Shown here in pieces: positions 63,229 to 64,000 of a stretch of 64,000 nucleotides of DNA; position 1 is the first letter of the stretch; each line of letters begins with the position of its first letter. The stretch comes from Iphione sp. A-MEVVRFRX5 (lineage: Eukaryota), in the NCBI GenBank assembly GCA_976226885.1, contig OZ320318.1:86366001-86430000 (forward strand). Reading direction: 5' to 3'. Below the pieces are notes generated by a model. That model was not told the origin of the DNA. It ran no database searches and was given only the letters and a program-made list of their open reading frames with translations. The translations under genes and the position numbers were made by a program.

Positions 63229-64000
63229 ATGGCAGCCAACGGAGCGAACGGGATCTTCCCGGACCAGGACCAAGGAGTTCCCCAGAACCTGAATGGGAAC
63301 CAGGATCAGCCGCCTCAGGGTCCCAACCAGAATCTACCACCGGACCTCGACCCAATTATCGAGCCGCAGCCTATCCAGAATCCGCAGAACAACCAGCAGA
63401 ACGACCAGCCTGTACCGATAGGGCCGCAACCTCCACCGATACCGATAGACGTGAACGTGGAGAACGACCAACCGTCCGAGGACGAGGATGAGGACGAGGA
63501 CGTGATAGAGGTAATAGACGAGAATGTCGACCCTGTCCCTGGGCATGGGCAGCCGCCGGATTCAGTACACGAGGATGGAGAGGACCCCCCTGTACACGAA
63601 GATGGAGACGATGCCAGTGTTGGGAGTCAGAGCGACCGGACTCCTCGGATAGATCCGCGTCTTCCAGGAACTCCCCCTATAATTGTTCAGCAGAGGAGCA
63701 AGTATCGGCTGAGGAACCGTCGCATCAAGCAAGAAGACGATTTGCAGAATTCCAGCGAGACCGAGGAAGAATCTGGCAGCGAATCCCTGACGGACGAAGC
63801 CAGGAAGTCGGAACTCAGACGGAAATTGCGTCGCAAGATAGAGAAGAGCGCCTCATCATCACCGAAGCCTGTAACGACCGCTGCAGCGAAACGACCCTCA
63901 CGTATTACCCTGCTCAAACCGGAACGATACGATGGCAAAGCAGACTGGGAGGGATGGCACTCACAATTCGAAGAATGGGCTCGGGTGAGCGATTGGGATC
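63229..64000 (+). CDS. gag: Gypsy Gag polyprotein, N-terminal part (incomplete at window edge)
   Basis: ATG at 63229, open to 64000 (257 codons); long N/Q/P- and D/E-rich leader, then LLKPERYDGKADWEGWHSQFEEWARVSDW, the typical KPxxYDG...W...FE capsid start. Absent from the ORF track because no stop occurs in the window. Confidence 0.9.
   Translation, partial: MAANGANGIFPDQDQGVPQNLNGNQDQPPQGPNQNLPPDLDPIIEPQPIQNPQNNQQNDQPVPIGPQPPPIPIDVNVENDQPSEDEDEDEDVIEVIDENVDPVPGHGQPPDSVHEDGEDPPVHEDGDDASVGSQSDRTPRIDPRLPGTPPIIVQQRSKYRLRNRRIKQEDDLQNSSETEEESGSESLTDEARKSELRRKLRRKIEKSASSSPKPVTTAAAKRPSRITLLKPERYDGKADWEGWHSQFEEWARVSDWD

Larger units (their letters stand above)
62701..64000 (+). mobile_element. Ty3/Gypsy LTR retrotransposon, 5' part (runs off window)
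   Basis: LTR, PBS and gag as listed below. Confidence 0.92.

Overview
This is eukaryotic genomic DNA that looks like a bilaterian invertebrate, judging from canonical GT-AG splice sites, CTCF/ETS/NRF1-type motifs and abundant microsatellites. It has five N gaps and is gene-poor. No prokaryotic genes, rRNA, intact tRNA or CRISPR were found. One host gene is supportable: a plus-strand single-pass membrane protein with a mucin-like, polybasic ectodomain exon (16373-17247) and a transmembrane/cytoplasmic terminal exon (39167-39424). The two exons are phase-compatible across a ~22 kb intron, and its first exon was not found. The right end holds a truncated DIRS/Ngaro-type tyrosine-recombinase retroelement fragment (minus strand) with a Ty3/Gypsy element (435-bp LTR, tRNA-Leu PBS, gag) inserted just upstream of it. 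Several MITEs (PIF/Harbinger-like and Tc1/mariner-like) have clear TIRs, and three of them have intact TSDs. The least explained parts are two blocks (~1-20.8 kb and ~30.7-38.4 kb). They are dense in CCAAT/TATA/GC-box promoter-like islands, strand-skewed minisatellites (31, 60, 94 and 178 bp periods) and interrupted protein-like reading frames. They may be decayed virus-like or giant-element DNA, but I cannot assign any protein family and the coding signal is weak.
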